A stretch of DNA of 64,000 nt from an uncultured Chloroflexia bacterium (GTDB lineage Bacteria > Chloroflexota > Limnocylindria > Limnocylindrales > CSP1-4). Position 1 is the first letter of the stretch. The number at the start of each line of letters is the position of its first letter. Under the pieces are notes generated by a model. That model was given only the letters and a program-made list of their open reading frames with translations. It made no database searches and was not told the DNA's origin. Shown here piece by piece: positions 33,153-42,576 of the stretch. Where the stretch lies: the NCBI GenBank assembly GCA_963849405.1, contig CAWKHG010000001.1:215513-279512 (forward strand), read 5' to 3'. The position numbers were made by a program, and so were the translations under genes.

Positions 33153-33167
33153 AGGAGCGTTCTCGTG

Positions 33168-33662
33168 ATGGTTTCACCGGTCCTCACCCTGTTCCGCCAG
33201 ATCCCGACGAGCCGCCGACGGACGCGACGCCTCGCCGTGATCGCGGCGTTCACGGGGCTCCCCCTGCAGTTCCTCGGCTACCAGGCGCTGGTCGTACCCG
33301 GACGGCTGTCACTCTCGATCTGGGGCCCGATCACCGTCGTCCTCTTCGCGGCGACCCTGATCGGAGCCATCGCGACGTATGCCTTCGGTCAGGGCCGGAT
33401 GGGCGACCGGTCGAGGCTGGACGAGCGGCAGCGCGCGATGAACGATCGAGCCCTCGTCATCAGCTACGGGGTCGTGACGACCGTCGTGACGCTGGTCCTC
33501 GGCGCCGTGTACCTCGTGGCGTCCTTCGTCGGGCCGATCACCTTCCAGATGGATGCCACGGCCCTGTCGATCGCGGTCGCCGCCGGCCTGTACCTGCCGC
33601 TGCTGCCATTCGCCGCGCTCGCCTGGATCGAACCGGACGCCCCGGCCGACGACGCGGCCTGA
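33168..33662 (+). CDS. four-TM membrane protein (DUF2178-like partner of a YozG-type regulator)
   Basis: MVSPVLTLFRQIPTSRRRTRRLAVIAAFTGLPLQFLGYQALVV...; about 4 hydrophobic helices. The stop is 1 nt before the XRE gene start. Confidence 0.65.
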   Translation: MVSPVLTLFRQIPTSRRRTRRLAVIAAFTGLPLQFLGYQALVVPGRLSLSIWGPITVVLFAATLIGAIATYAFGQGRMGDRSRLDERQRAMNDRALVISYGVVTTVVTLVLGAVYLVASFVGPITFQMDATALSIAVAAGLYLPLLPFAALAWIEPDAPADDAA

Positions 33663-33663
33663 C

Positions 33664-33927
33664 ATGGCGACGTCGGCGCGAGCCTCCGACCGCGAGCTCG
33701 TCCACAACCGCCTGCCGCTGCTGCGGGCGGACCGGGGGATCTCCCGATCCGACCTCGCAGAAGCCCTCGGGATCCACTACCAGACGATGGGCTACCTCGA
33801 ACGCGGCGAATACGCGCCGAGCCTCCACCTGGCGTTGCGGATCGCGCGCTATTTCGACCTGCCGATCGAGGCCATCTTCTCGCTCGAGCCGTTCGCCCCG
33901 CTCGGCGCCGACGCCCTCAGAGCCTGA
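33664..33927 (+). CDS. XRE-family HTH transcriptional regulator (YozG-like, short)
   Basis: NRLPLLRADRGISRSDLAEALGIHYQTMGYLERGEYAPSLHLALRIARYFDLPIEAIFS. Confidence 0.85.
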   Translation: MATSARASDRELVHNRLPLLRADRGISRSDLAEALGIHYQTMGYLERGEYAPSLHLALRIARYFDLPIEAIFSLEPFAPLGADALRA

Positions 33928-34009
33928 ACGGGCCTTCTGCGCCGCGGCCGTGGCTGTGCCCGTGCGCCGGGTCCACCCCGGCGCCTTCGCTCGCGAGCCC
34001 TTGCCCGGC

Positions 34010-34330
34010 TCAGCTGGCCCGCTTGCGACCGCGCTTGCTGATCGGCGAGCGGCTGAACAGCAACGTGTTCGGGTGATCGCGGTGGACGCCGACAGAGACC
34101 TTGGCGTTCATCCGTTTGATCACGCGATTGGCGGCCGCGCGCGCGGTGGCCAGCTTCGCCGAACCGAGGTCCCACGGCCATACCGAGCTTTCGGGACCGG
34201 CGCTCACTTCGTTCACCAGCTTTTCGATCTCAGCGTCGCGCGGATTCACCTTGCGCGTCGTGGTCCGCGCCCTCCGCAGCTCTTCGATGCTGAATGGCTT
34301 GCCCACTTTGATGACGTTGTACTTGGTCAA
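34010..34330 (-). CDS. hypothetical basic protein (106 aa)
   Basis: TTG start with GGGAGG 9 nt upstream. Sequence: MTKYNVIKVGKPFSIEELRRARTTTRKVNPRDAEIEKLVNEVSAGPESSVWPWDLGSAKLATARAAANRVIKRMNAKVSVGVHRDHPNTLLFSRSPISKRGRKRAS. Local GC is lower than the surroundings. Confidence 0.55.
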   Translation of the reverse strand: MTKYNVIKVGKPFSIEELRRARTTTRKVNPRDAEIEKLVNEVSAGPESSVWPWDLGSAKLATARAAANRVIKRMNAKVSVGVHRDHPNTLLFSRSPISKRGRKRAS

Positions 34331-34561
34331 CGAACGAGGCCTCCCACGGCAACGACTGGTGCCCCCCGACGCGACGGTAATGAAACGCCTGAGTGCATGT
34401 CAAGGCGGACATCCGTTCCGTCTGGTTTCGTATCACGCTCGTTCAATCCCGAGCGCGCGAAAAGGACAGGATTTTTGAACGAAACGCGGCGCTTCGGAGC
34501 ACGCGATCGCGCGCTTGCGAGCCGCCGAGGCCCGCGGCGGTGATCCTGGGGCTGAGCGAAG

Positions 34562-35799
34562 CTAGTCGCCCGGGTCGGCCATCAGGGGCAGGGCGAACCC
34601 GACCTCGGCCCCGCCGCCCTCGCGCGGGCAGGCCCACATCCGGCCGCCCTGCGCTTCGGCGATCCGCTTGCACACGGCCAGGCCGATGCCCATGCCGCTG
34701 GCATGCCGCTTCGCGGCCGCGGACCGATAGAACGGGGCAAAGATCGTGGCGGGGTCGTCCGAGCCCAGGCCGATGCCCCGATCGAGGACCGACACCCGGG
34801 CCTCGCCGGCGTCCGCGCTGAGCACGACCTCGATGGGCTGCGTGCGGGGGCTGTACTTGTCGGCGTTGCTCAGGAGGTTGCCGACGAGCAGGTCGAGGTA
34901 GGTTCGGTCCGCCTCGACCACCACGTGGCTGCCGGGCTCGCGCACGAACGTCACGTCGCGCTCGTGGCGCTTCTGGAACGCATCGCAGGCCCGCCGGATC
35001 GCATGGTCCAGGAGCTGCGGCTCCATTCGGGGAGCGTCCCGGCCTCCGCGCGGGTCAGCAGCAGCAGGTTCTCGATGACCCCGAGGAGACGGTCCGAATC
35101 CTCGGCGATGTCCGAGAGCATCCCGCGCAGCTCGTCGCCGAGCTGGAGCCCGGCGACACGCTCGAGCAGGAGCTGGGCGTTGCCGAAGATCGTCGTGACC
35201 GGGGTCCGGAGCTCGTGCGAGACGAGCCCGAGGAACTCGTCCTTGACCCTGTTCGAGCGCTGGAGCGCCTCGGCGCTGTTGCGCAGCGCCTCCTCGGCCT
35301 TCACCCGGTCGGTGATGTCCACGAGGATGTTGACGGCCCCGATGAGCTGGCCATCCGCGTCGCGAAGCGGGCTCGGGTAGGCCTGGAAATGCACGCGCGT
35401 GCCGTCGGGCCGTTCGGCCTGGGCCGTCCCGCCGCGGACCGGGCGGTTCTCGTGCAGCGTCCTGGCCATGGGGCATTCGTCGTGGCGCATCGGGCGGCCG
35501 TCCGGCCAGAAGAGGCGCAGCGAGCCACACCACTCCTCGCCGAGCTCCGGGCGGCGGCCCCACAGGTCCGCCGCGGCGTCGTTGAAGAACGTGATCCGGC
35601 CGGCCGCGTCGGTCGTGTACAGGGCCACCCCGACGGCCTGGAGGAAATCCTGGGCGTCGGCCAGCGGGAAGGACCGCGGATGGGCGGATCCGGCGTCCGC
35701 GTCGGAGACGAGCAGCCGCAGCAGGGACGCCTCACCGTCGTCCGGGGCGGACGGCGCGGCCGGCTGCGGGACCTGGGTCTGGTCGACGTCGAGTGCCAT
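34562..35799 (-). CDS. PAS-domain sensor histidine kinase (cytoplasmic), one frameshift near 35027
   Basis: PAS (ALYTTDAAGRITFFNDAAADLWGRRPELGEEWCGSLRLFWPDGRPM...GAVNILVDITDRVKAEEAL) and HisKA (FLGLVSHELRTPVTTIFG) lie in ORF 34951..35799. HATPase (NLLSNADKYSP...LDRGIGL...GMGIGLAVCKRIAE) lies in ORF 34562..35563. Confidence 0.85.
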
Positions 35800-35989
35800 G
35801 AACGTTGCGCTCCAGATTCGGTGGGCCGCCGGGAGTATGACGAGTGGCGCCGCAAACGGCTATACCCGGAGGGCCTGTGTGATGAGATTGCAAGGTCGCA
35901 TGCAATGGGAGCCGTGGCGCCACGCGGGCCTCGTATCGGACTCTGGTACCCTCGGCCGGCGGGCAACCCGGATATCTGGAGCGGCACGG

Positions 35990-36505
35990 ATGGTTCGACG
36001 AGACGCCCGGATCCTCGTGGGCGCCGATTCCACGATCATCGAGGCGACCGATGCCGCCCTCGAGATCCTGGGCATGAGCCTCGACGAGCTGCGCGCACTG
36101 CCGCCCGGCGGCCTGTCACTCGAGGAGGACAAGGCCGGTCGCGAGGGCTTCGAGGACGCCTGGCAGGAAGCCGGACGGGGGGCCATCGTCGGTGCCGGCA
36201 CGGTCCGTCTGCTGGACGGCCGGCTGATCCGCGTCCGCTACCTGATCGATCCGCGCCCGGATGGGACGTTCGAGGTGATCATCGAGCGCAGCCAGGAGGC
36301 GATCGGCGAGCCGCCGCGGGCCTACACGGTCGGTTCGGTGCTGTCCGCCTGGCGCACGGCGGAGCGCGGCCTGGCCGAGCTCGAGCCGGACAGCCCCGAA
36401 TGGGCGACCGCCCAGGCCGAGATCGAACACTTCCGGACGGAATACCAGCGGCTCGCCCGAACCGAGCGAGCCCGTCGCGAACTGCCGAGGTACGACGTCG
36501 GTTAG
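35990..36505 (+). CDS. stand-alone PAS-like domain protein
   Basis: MVRRDARILVGADSTIIEATDAALEILGMSLDELRALPPGGLSLEEDKAGREGFEDAWQEAGRGAIVGAGTVRLLDGRLIRVRYLIDPRPDGTFEVII..., with GGAG upstream. Divergent from the PAS kinase. Confidence 0.6.
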   Translation: MVRRDARILVGADSTIIEATDAALEILGMSLDELRALPPGGLSLEEDKAGREGFEDAWQEAGRGAIVGAGTVRLLDGRLIRVRYLIDPRPDGTFEVIIERSQEAIGEPPRAYTVGSVLSAWRTAERGLAELEPDSPEWATAQAEIEHFRTEYQRLARTERARRELPRYDVG

Positions 36506-36930
36506 AAGGTCTGGCCCTTGCCTCGAGTGCCTGGCTCGCTGGCAAGGACGGTGAGGCCGGCCAGCAGGGCCGGGGTGAACGCGGCGACCGTCACGAGGCG
36601 CGGCGCGCCGGCAAGGAAGAGCCCGAGGCCCATCCCGAGCGACAGCGATGCCAGGACGCGCAGCGTCGGCTGGGACATCTCGCGGAACGAATCCCTGGTC
36701 GCCGTGGCGCCGGTCCGAGCCGCGTCGAGCGCGTCGGGAAGACGTTCGGCCACTCCGTCGACGCCGCCGCGGATCATCGAGACGACCTCCGGAACGGCCT
36801 CTGCAGCCGTGGCCGCGCCCGCCCGGACCTGATCGGCCGCGCCGCCTGCGGCATCCCGGGCCGCGGCGATCGCCCCGCCGGCGCCGTTCCGCGCCGACTT
36901 CGTCGGTTCCTTGGTCTCACTGGTGGTCAT
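36502..36930 (-). CDS. hypothetical Ala-rich protein with C-terminal membrane anchor
   Basis: MTTSETKEPTKSARNG...helical Ala-rich region...TLRVLASLSLGMGLGLFLAGAPRLVTVAAFTPALLAGLTVLA. Its stop overlaps the convergent PAS gene stop by 4 nt. Confidence 0.5.
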   Translation of the reverse strand: MTTSETKEPTKSARNGAGGAIAAARDAAGGAADQVRAGAATAAEAVPEVVSMIRGGVDGVAERLPDALDAARTGATATRDSFREMSQPTLRVLASLSLGMGLGLFLAGAPRLVTVAAFTPALLAGLTVLASEPGTRGKGQTF

Positions 36931-37001
36931 GGTGTTTCTCCTGGGCTCCGAAATTCGGCGCGACCCCCGGCCGGCTGACCGGGGGTCGCGGGAGGTGGCA
37001 G

Positions 37002-37235
37002 TTAGCGCCGAACGGGCTCGGTGTTCTTGTCCCAGGCCTCGTGGCCCTCACGGTGGAGGTCGTCGCCGGCCTCGCCGAGCTCTCGGCGGAAGTCGTCGCC
37101 GGCGTTGCCGAGGTCCTTGCGGATCTCGTCACCGGCGTTGCCGATGTCGTCGCCGATGTCGTGGCCGTCGAGCTCACGCGCGGCCTTCTTGGTGTCGGTC
37201 TCGAGCTCTCGCCCGGCCTTCTTGATGTCGTCCAT
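37002..37235 (-). CDS. small acidic repeat protein (77 aa), general-stress-protein-like
   Basis: GGAGG RBS. MDDIKKAGRELETDTKKAARELDGHDIGDDIGNAGDEIRKDLGNAGDDFRRELGEAGDDLHREGHEAWDKNTEPVRR, with three tandem G-x-AGD-[DE]-x-[RH]-[RK]-[DE]-[LG] units. Confidence 0.6.
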   Translation of the reverse strand: MDDIKKAGRELETDTKKAARELDGHDIGDDIGNAGDEIRKDLGNAGDDFRRELGEAGDDLHREGHEAWDKNTEPVRR

Positions 37236-37453
37236 CAGGACCTCCGATCGATCTGTGACGGACGGTTTCGCCCGCAGTCCAACGATGGGGGGTCGGGTGT
37301 TTCGGACGTCCACGCTGGCGACGGCGTGGGTCTCGCAGTGGTATCGCAGCACAGGGAGTCAGCGATGGAACTGCGCGGCGTCGGTCGCCGCGCTGTGCGC
37401 CGCGTCACCGCGGCGCCTTCGCTCGGGAGCCTTGCCCACGCGGTCCGGCAGCC

Positions 37454-38021
37454 TCAGCGAGGCACGCTCTCGTAGTGCGTGGCGTCGACCTCGACCAGCC
37501 GTTCGGCGTGGCGGGTGGCCGAGGGCGCCCGCGTCCCGGCCCCGGTCGACGCCTCGATCGCCGACCACTCGGACCACACCGAAAGCGTCAGGAACCCGAT
37601 CCGGGGCCAGGGGCGCCAGGTAGAGCGCCAGGGGGCCCTGCTGCGAGGCGGCGTCGCGCAGCGTCCCGGCCCGGGCGTCCTCGACGTAGGCGTCCAGTTC
37701 GCCGGGCCGGACCCGGCCGCGGACGACGCGGATCACCCGTTCGGGATCCGCGCGGTCCGTCCGCACCGCGACCGCGAGGCGGTGGACGAGGATCGACCGA
37801 TCGGTCGTGTCCGATAGGTGCTCGGGGTGGAACCGCGACTGCTCGACGTCCGGGCCCATCACCTCGAGCATGGCCTCCTGGGACTCCCAGATCGAGGCGA
37901 CGAGCCTCTCGCCGATGGCATCGGGGCCGTGGCGCCCCACGTGGACGGCGACGACCCCGGGCTGGCGGACCAGGTCGGGGATCATCTCCTCGCGCAGCAC
38001 GGCATCGAACTCGACCCGCAA
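37454..38021 (-). CDS. tandem ABM (antibiotic-biosynthesis-monooxygenase-like, ferredoxin-fold) domain protein; frameshift near 37595, start uncertain
   Basis: Two repeats, IRIFRCRPLRVEFDAVLREEMIPDL...VASIWESQEAMLEVMG and VIRVVRGRVRPGELDAYVEDARAGTL...FLTLSVWSEWSAIEASTG. The second continues in another frame to the stop at 37454. The frame is open upstream to 38106 without an ATG or GTG. Confidence 0.6.
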
Positions 38022-38322
38022 CGGGCGACAGCGGAAGATGCGGATGGTCAGTTCGTCGGCGGTCAGTGTCGTGCCCTCGATGGCGGGCGTCGGTCCGGGT
38101 CTGGGCTAGGTCCGGCGAGCGAAGCGAAGGGAACGGCGTGCAGAGCGTACTACGCGCGCGGTCGTCAAAGGGCGGCCGGGCGCCCATGGGACGCCCAGCC
38201 GCCTGATCCCCAGGGGGCCGGTGAGGGAACCGGCAGGGGGAAGGTCGGCATGATCTGGTCGTGGCGGCCGTCGGTGCCTGCCCTCGACATCGGCAGGTGA
38301 CCGATCGACCTCCGTTCGTGGG

Positions 38323-38760
38323 TCAGCGGGTGTCCCTCCCAGCCACCGGCGCCGGCGCTGGCGAAGCCTCCTCGACGACCCTCTGGAGCTCGCGCTCGTG
38401 CTCCTCGACCTCGGCCTCCGTGGCCCGCTCGGCCACGATGAACTCGTTCCGCGCCTCCGCGTTGGCCCGGATGATCTCGTCGAGCTTGAGGTGGATCGCG
38501 CGGGCGTCACGGCCCTGGCTGTTCTGGATCACGAACACCATCCAGAACGTGATGACCGTGGTCGACGTGTTGATCACGAGCTGCCAGCTGTCCGAGAACC
38601 CGAATACCGGGCCGCTGAGCGCCCATACGATCACGACGACCACGGACAGGACGACCGCCTGGATGGACCCCAGCGCGCGCGTCGCGGCGTCGGCCATCGC
38701 GTTGAAGCGGTCGCGCAAGGTGCCGCCGCCCTCCCGGCGGATGTCCCGCTGGGTCGTCAC
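38323..38760 (-). CDS. low-affinity iron permease family protein (Fet4-like small membrane protein)
   Basis: FNAMADAATRALGSIQAVVLSVVVVIVWALSGPVFGFSDSWQLVINTSTTVITFWMVFVIQNSQGRDARAIHLKLDEIIRA. Confidence 0.8.
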   Translation of the reverse strand: MTTQRDIRREGGGTLRDRFNAMADAATRALGSIQAVVLSVVVVIVWALSGPVFGFSDSWQLVINTSTTVITFWMVFVIQNSQGRDARAIHLKLDEIIRANAEARNEFIVAERATEAEVEEHERELQRVVEEASPAPAPVAGRDTR

Positions 38761-38950
38761 GGCCGTACCGTTCGGGGCACGCGGGTGGTGAGATCGGGGC
38801 GCATCGCTCCTCCATGGGGACCTGGGACCCCATCGTCGGGCCGGGCGCGTGTCAGACCGGTAAGGGCGGGCACCGGACGAGGTGCCAAGCTCGTTGCAGT
38901 GCGCCGCGGCAGGACGAACCGGCCCCCCCGGCGGGCGGAGCCGAAGAGCG

Positions 38951-39721
38951 TCAGTCGGACGCGGCGACGAGCTCGGCTGCGTCCGCGTCGGCGCTGTCCC
39001 GCGCCGCTCGGGCCGCGGTCCGGCCGGCCTCGACGTCCACGTCGAGCAGGTAGCCGATGCCCTGGAACGTCTTGATCCGGCCGGGCTCCCCGGGCTCGGC
39101 GCCGAGCTTGCGCCGGACGCGACTTACCCAGACCCGCAGGTACTGCAGGTCATCCCGGTACTCCGGCCCCCAGACCTTCGTGAGGAGCTCGGTGTGCAGG
39201 ACGACCTTGCCGGCGTTCGCGGCGAGATGCTGGAGCAGGAGCCATTCGGTGCGCGAGAACTGGACCAGCTGGCCGCCGCGACTGACCATCCGCCGCTCGA
39301 GGTCGATCTCGATGTCGTCGAACGACACGATGCCCTGGCCGGGCGTCGCCCCGGACGACCGCCGGATGACCGAGCGCACCCGTGCGGCGAGCTCATCCGG
39401 ATGGAAGGGCTTCGCGACGTAGTCGTCCGCGCCCAGGTCGAGGCCCTTGGCCTTGTCGGCCGTCGAACCCTTGGCCGTCAGGAGGATCACCGCCACCGGC
39501 CGCCGCTCGCGCAGCTGCTGCATCACCTCGATGCCGTCGATGTCGGGCATCACGATGTCCAGGAGCACCACGTCGGGGCGGAACTCCTCCGCCTTCCGCA
39601 ACGCCTCTTCGCCGCTCTCGGCGGTGACGACGCGGAATCCCTCTTCCTGCAGCGCGATCGAGACGAGCTTCGTGATCCGCGGTTCGTCGTCGGCGACGAG
39701 GACGAGGGGCTTGGTGCTCAT
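38951..39721 (-). CDS. OmpR-family response regulator (RR3)
   Basis: LVLVADDEPRITKLV...VVLLDIVMPDIDG...VILLTAKG...GADDYVAKPF...FSRTEWLLLQHL...LQYLRVWVSRVRRKL...FQGIGYLL. Confidence 0.9.
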   Translation of the reverse strand: MSTKPLVLVADDEPRITKLVSIALQEEGFRVVTAESGEEALRKAEEFRPDVVLLDIVMPDIDGIEVMQQLRERRPVAVILLTAKGSTADKAKGLDLGADDYVAKPFHPDELAARVRSVIRRSSGATPGQGIVSFDDIEIDLERRMVSRGGQLVQFSRTEWLLLQHLAANAGKVVLHTELLTKVWGPEYRDDLQYLRVWVSRVRRKLGAEPGEPGRIKTFQGIGYLLDVDVEAGRTAARAARDSADADAAELVAASD

Positions 39722-39866
39722 GTCGCTCTCCTGACCCGGCCCGTTACCGGTGACCTTGCGCGGTGGCTATCGTGCGGCGTACGCAACCGGCCGTCCAGCG
39801 GCAACGGTGCGGTCCAGCGTGCGGGGCCGGAGGTCGCAGCAGCATGGCGAGGTGCATCGCGGCACC

Positions 39867-39883
39867 TTGCAGACGTCTTGCAA
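39867..39883. promoter_or_regulatory. TTGC-N9-GCAA site (Fur/Nur-box-like) in the kinase / response-regulator spacer
   Basis: TTGCAGACGTCTTGCAA lies 47 nt after the HK3 stop and 146 nt before the RR3 start. Confidence 0.35.
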
Positions 39884-39929
39884 TGGCCGGAAGCCGCGTA
39901 ACGCGGCGCGCCCTTGCTCGTTGCGACGG

Positions 39930-41637
39930 TCAGAGATCGTCCTCGACCAGGACGGGCAGGGAAAACCCGAATTCGGCGCCGCCGGTCGGACGCGGGCTGG
40001 CCCAGATCCGGCCGCCCATCGACTCCACGAGGGCGCGACACGCGAACAGGCCGATCCCGGCGCCCGCGGACTGGGCGGCGGTGGTGGGGGAGCGGTAGAA
40101 CAGCTCGAAGAGACGATCCACCTCATCGCTCGCGATGCCCGGACCCTCGTCGAGGATCCGCAGGTCGACGAAGCCGTCCACCTGCTCGGCCTGGACCGTC
40201 ACGGTCGCGCCACCGGGGCTGTACTTCGCCCCGTTGCCGACGAGGTTGCGGATGACCTGCTCGACGTATGTGGGATCCGCCGAGACCGTAGGCAGGTTCG
40301 GGCTGATGCGGAGCTCGAACCTGGTGTCCGGCCAGCGAGCGCCCTCCGACTCGACGATGCCCGGGATGAGGTGCTGGACCAGCACCGGGTCGGCCCCGGC
40401 GCTGAGCGTGCCCCGCTCCGTCCGGGCGAGCACGAGCAGGTCTTCAACGAGGCGATGCAGGCGTTCGGCCTCCGCGCTGATGTCCTCGGAGACCTCGCGC
40501 CGGGTGTCCTCCGAGAGCCCCGGCCGGCTCAGGACCCGCGTCCCGCCGTAGATCGTCGTGATCGGCGTCCGGAGCTCGTGGGAGAGGATCGCCAAGGAAC
40601 GCATCGCGCACCTGCTGCGAGACCCGGGCCGCGGTGACGTCGCGCAGGACGAGGATCGTCGCGGCGCGCTCGCTCGCGGGGGCGGCCGCCTCCCGGGAGA
40701 CCTGGGCCGGGTCCGCCCCTCCCGCTCCGAAGGGGACTGGGTACATCATCAGCTCGAGCCAGCCACCGGTCGCCAGGAGCTGGACCTCGATCGGCCCCTG
40801 CCGGTCGGGACGGTCGAGCGGCGGAGCGTCCTCCGGCGCGACGAAGAGGCGCCGGATGTCGTCGTAGGAATCGAGCCTGGTCGCCGCGAGTGCGGTCCGG
40901 GCCGCCTGGTTGGCCAGGCGGACGCGACCCTGTCGGTCGCACACGATCACCGGCTCGCCCATCGCATCGATGACGGTAGCCAGCTCCGCGGCCGCGGCGC
41001 GCTCGGCGCGGACGGCCTCGCGCAGGATGTCGTTCAGGCGCCGGGTGTCCTCCCAGAGGCGGGTGCGCTCGAGCGCCTGCGCGCACGCGTGCGCGGTCGT
41101 GCGCAGGAACGTGCGGTCCGTCGTGTCGAAGCGGCGCGAGCCCTCGAAGCGGACCGCGAGCGCGCCGATCGAGCGACCCTCGAGGACGAGCGGTGCGCAG
41201 GCCAGCGCGCCGCCCGCCACGATCCCCGGCGCGGCGATCGCGAGCGGGAAGCGCCGGCGCACGGCCGCCTCGGATTCCACGAGCACGGGGCGGCCGGTGC
41301 GGGCCGCTTCCGTGATCGGGATCCCGGCATCGAGCGGCCAGGAGCCAAGGGCCGCGCGCGCCCGTTCCGAGTACCCGCGGGAGCCCAGGGTCACGAGCCG
41401 GTCGCCCTCGATCAGTCCGACGATGGCCGACCGGCCACCGAGCCAGCCGACGAGCTCTGCGGTGACGATGTCGGTCACCTCGATCGTGGTGACGGCTCCG
41501 GAGAGGGCGTCGGCGACCCGCAACAGACGCCGCAGGGTCTCCTCGGCGCGACCTCGCTCGAACCCCTCGCCGGGCGCCGCCCGGTCCGGCGGTTCGATCA
41601 ATGCAGCGCTCGACGGGCGCTCATTGGTGGACTGCAT
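39930..41637 (-). CDS. GAF-PAS sensor histidine kinase (HK3, cytoplasmic), one frameshift near 40591
   Basis: GAF (IVGLIEGDRLVTLGSRGY...IPITEAARTGRPVLVES...APLVLEGRSIGALAVRF), PAS-like (VIDAMGEPVIVCDRQGRVRLANQAA) and HisKA/HATPase (ILSHELRTPITTIYG...NLVGNGAKYSPGG...DEGPGI...GAGIGLFACRAL). The last block lies in ORF 39930..40604. Confidence 0.85.
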
Positions 41638-41868
41638 GGCGTCATGGTGCCAGAGCCGCCGCTGCATCGACGCGGTCGCCAATACCGCATGGCTCTCGCG
41701 AGCGTGTCGGAAAGCGGCGCGCGGCATCCGCAGGCGTGCGCCCGGTTCCCGTCGGGTCTGCAGCGCCGCTGCAATGGCGCGGGCAGGTCTGACGGTCGAT
41801 AAGCAACATCGGCGGCTGCACTGTGGCCTCGGCGCCATTCGGCGTCGGGATGGAACGGAGGCTTAAAG

Positions 41869-42162
41869 ATGACTGACCGCCAGACGGTCGTACGCGAGAC
41901 CGTCGTGAACGACGACGTCGCGCACGATGAGGTGATCGACAAGGAATACCTGCCGGGCGATCCGGACGACGGCGATGAGCAGGTCGGCGGCGCCCTGGTG
42001 GGCGGAGCCGGCGGGGCGGTCATCGGTGCGGTCGTCGGCGGCCCGGTCGGAGCGGTCGTCGGTGGCGCGATCGGTGCCGCAGGCGGCGCGACCGCGGGCC
42101 TCATCGACGAGGAGACCGATGACGACACGGTCGTCGTCGAGCACGAAGAGCGGAGCCTCTAG
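41869..42162 (+). CDS. small glycine-zipper protein (97 aa)
   Basis: GGAGG RBS. Acidic N- and C-termini flank GGALVGGAGGAVIGAVVGGPVGAVVGGAIGAAGGATAG. Confidence 0.65.
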   Translation: MTDRQTVVRETVVNDDVAHDEVIDKEYLPGDPDDGDEQVGGALVGGAGGAVIGAVVGGPVGAVVGGAIGAAGGATAGLIDEETDDDTVVVEHEERSL

Positions 42163-42219
42163 CCCGCGACCCAGTCCCCGAGTCCCCAGACCCGGAATCA
42201 CTCGACAAGGAGAAACCAC

Positions 42220-42480
42220 ATGGGCGTCCTCGCATGGATCGTTCTCGGCGCGATCGCCGGATTCATCGCCAACATGATCTACGGTGGCAATGAGGGCGTG
42301 ATCGGCACGATCCTCCTCGGCATCGTCGGCGCGGTCGTCGGCGGCTTCCTCGCCGGCACCGTCCTCAAGGTGGCCGACGTGACGGGCATCAACATCGAGA
42401 GCATCGTCGTCTCGGTCGTCGGGGCGATCATCGTCCTCGCCGTCGCACGGATGCTGTCGGGGCGACGCGCAACCGTCTGA
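42220..42480 (+). CDS. GlsB/YeaQ/YmgE-family stress-response membrane protein (transglycosylase-associated family)
   Basis: MGVLAWIVLGAIAGFIANMI...GVIGTILLGIVGAVVGGFLAG...VVGAIIVLAV. AGGAGA RBS. Confidence 0.85.
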   Translation: MGVLAWIVLGAIAGFIANMIYGGNEGVIGTILLGIVGAVVGGFLAGTVLKVADVTGINIESIVVSVVGAIIVLAVARMLSGRRATV

Positions 42481-42516
42481 CCCAACCGGCGTTCGCGCCG
42501 GAACCCACACGAACAC

Positions 42517-42541
42517 GACGCCCGCAGATCCTGCGGGCGTC
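42517..42541. terminator. bidirectional terminator hairpin between GlsB-like gene and topoisomerase IB
   Basis: GACGCCCGCAG-atc-CTGCGGGCGTC (11-bp stem) followed by gttctgtgt. A second small hairpin, CCGGCG-ttcg-CGCCGG, lies at 42486-42501. Confidence 0.7.
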
Positions 42542-42576
42542 GTTCTGTGTCCGGGCCCCCCGACGACGAGGCCGGG

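Noticed and set aside
33102-34330. XRE regulator plus small unknown genes as a prophage remnant or toxin-antitoxin module
   Set aside because: There are no integrase, phage structural or toxin-family motifs. The membrane-protein plus short XRE arrangement matches a common chromosomal YozG-type pair.
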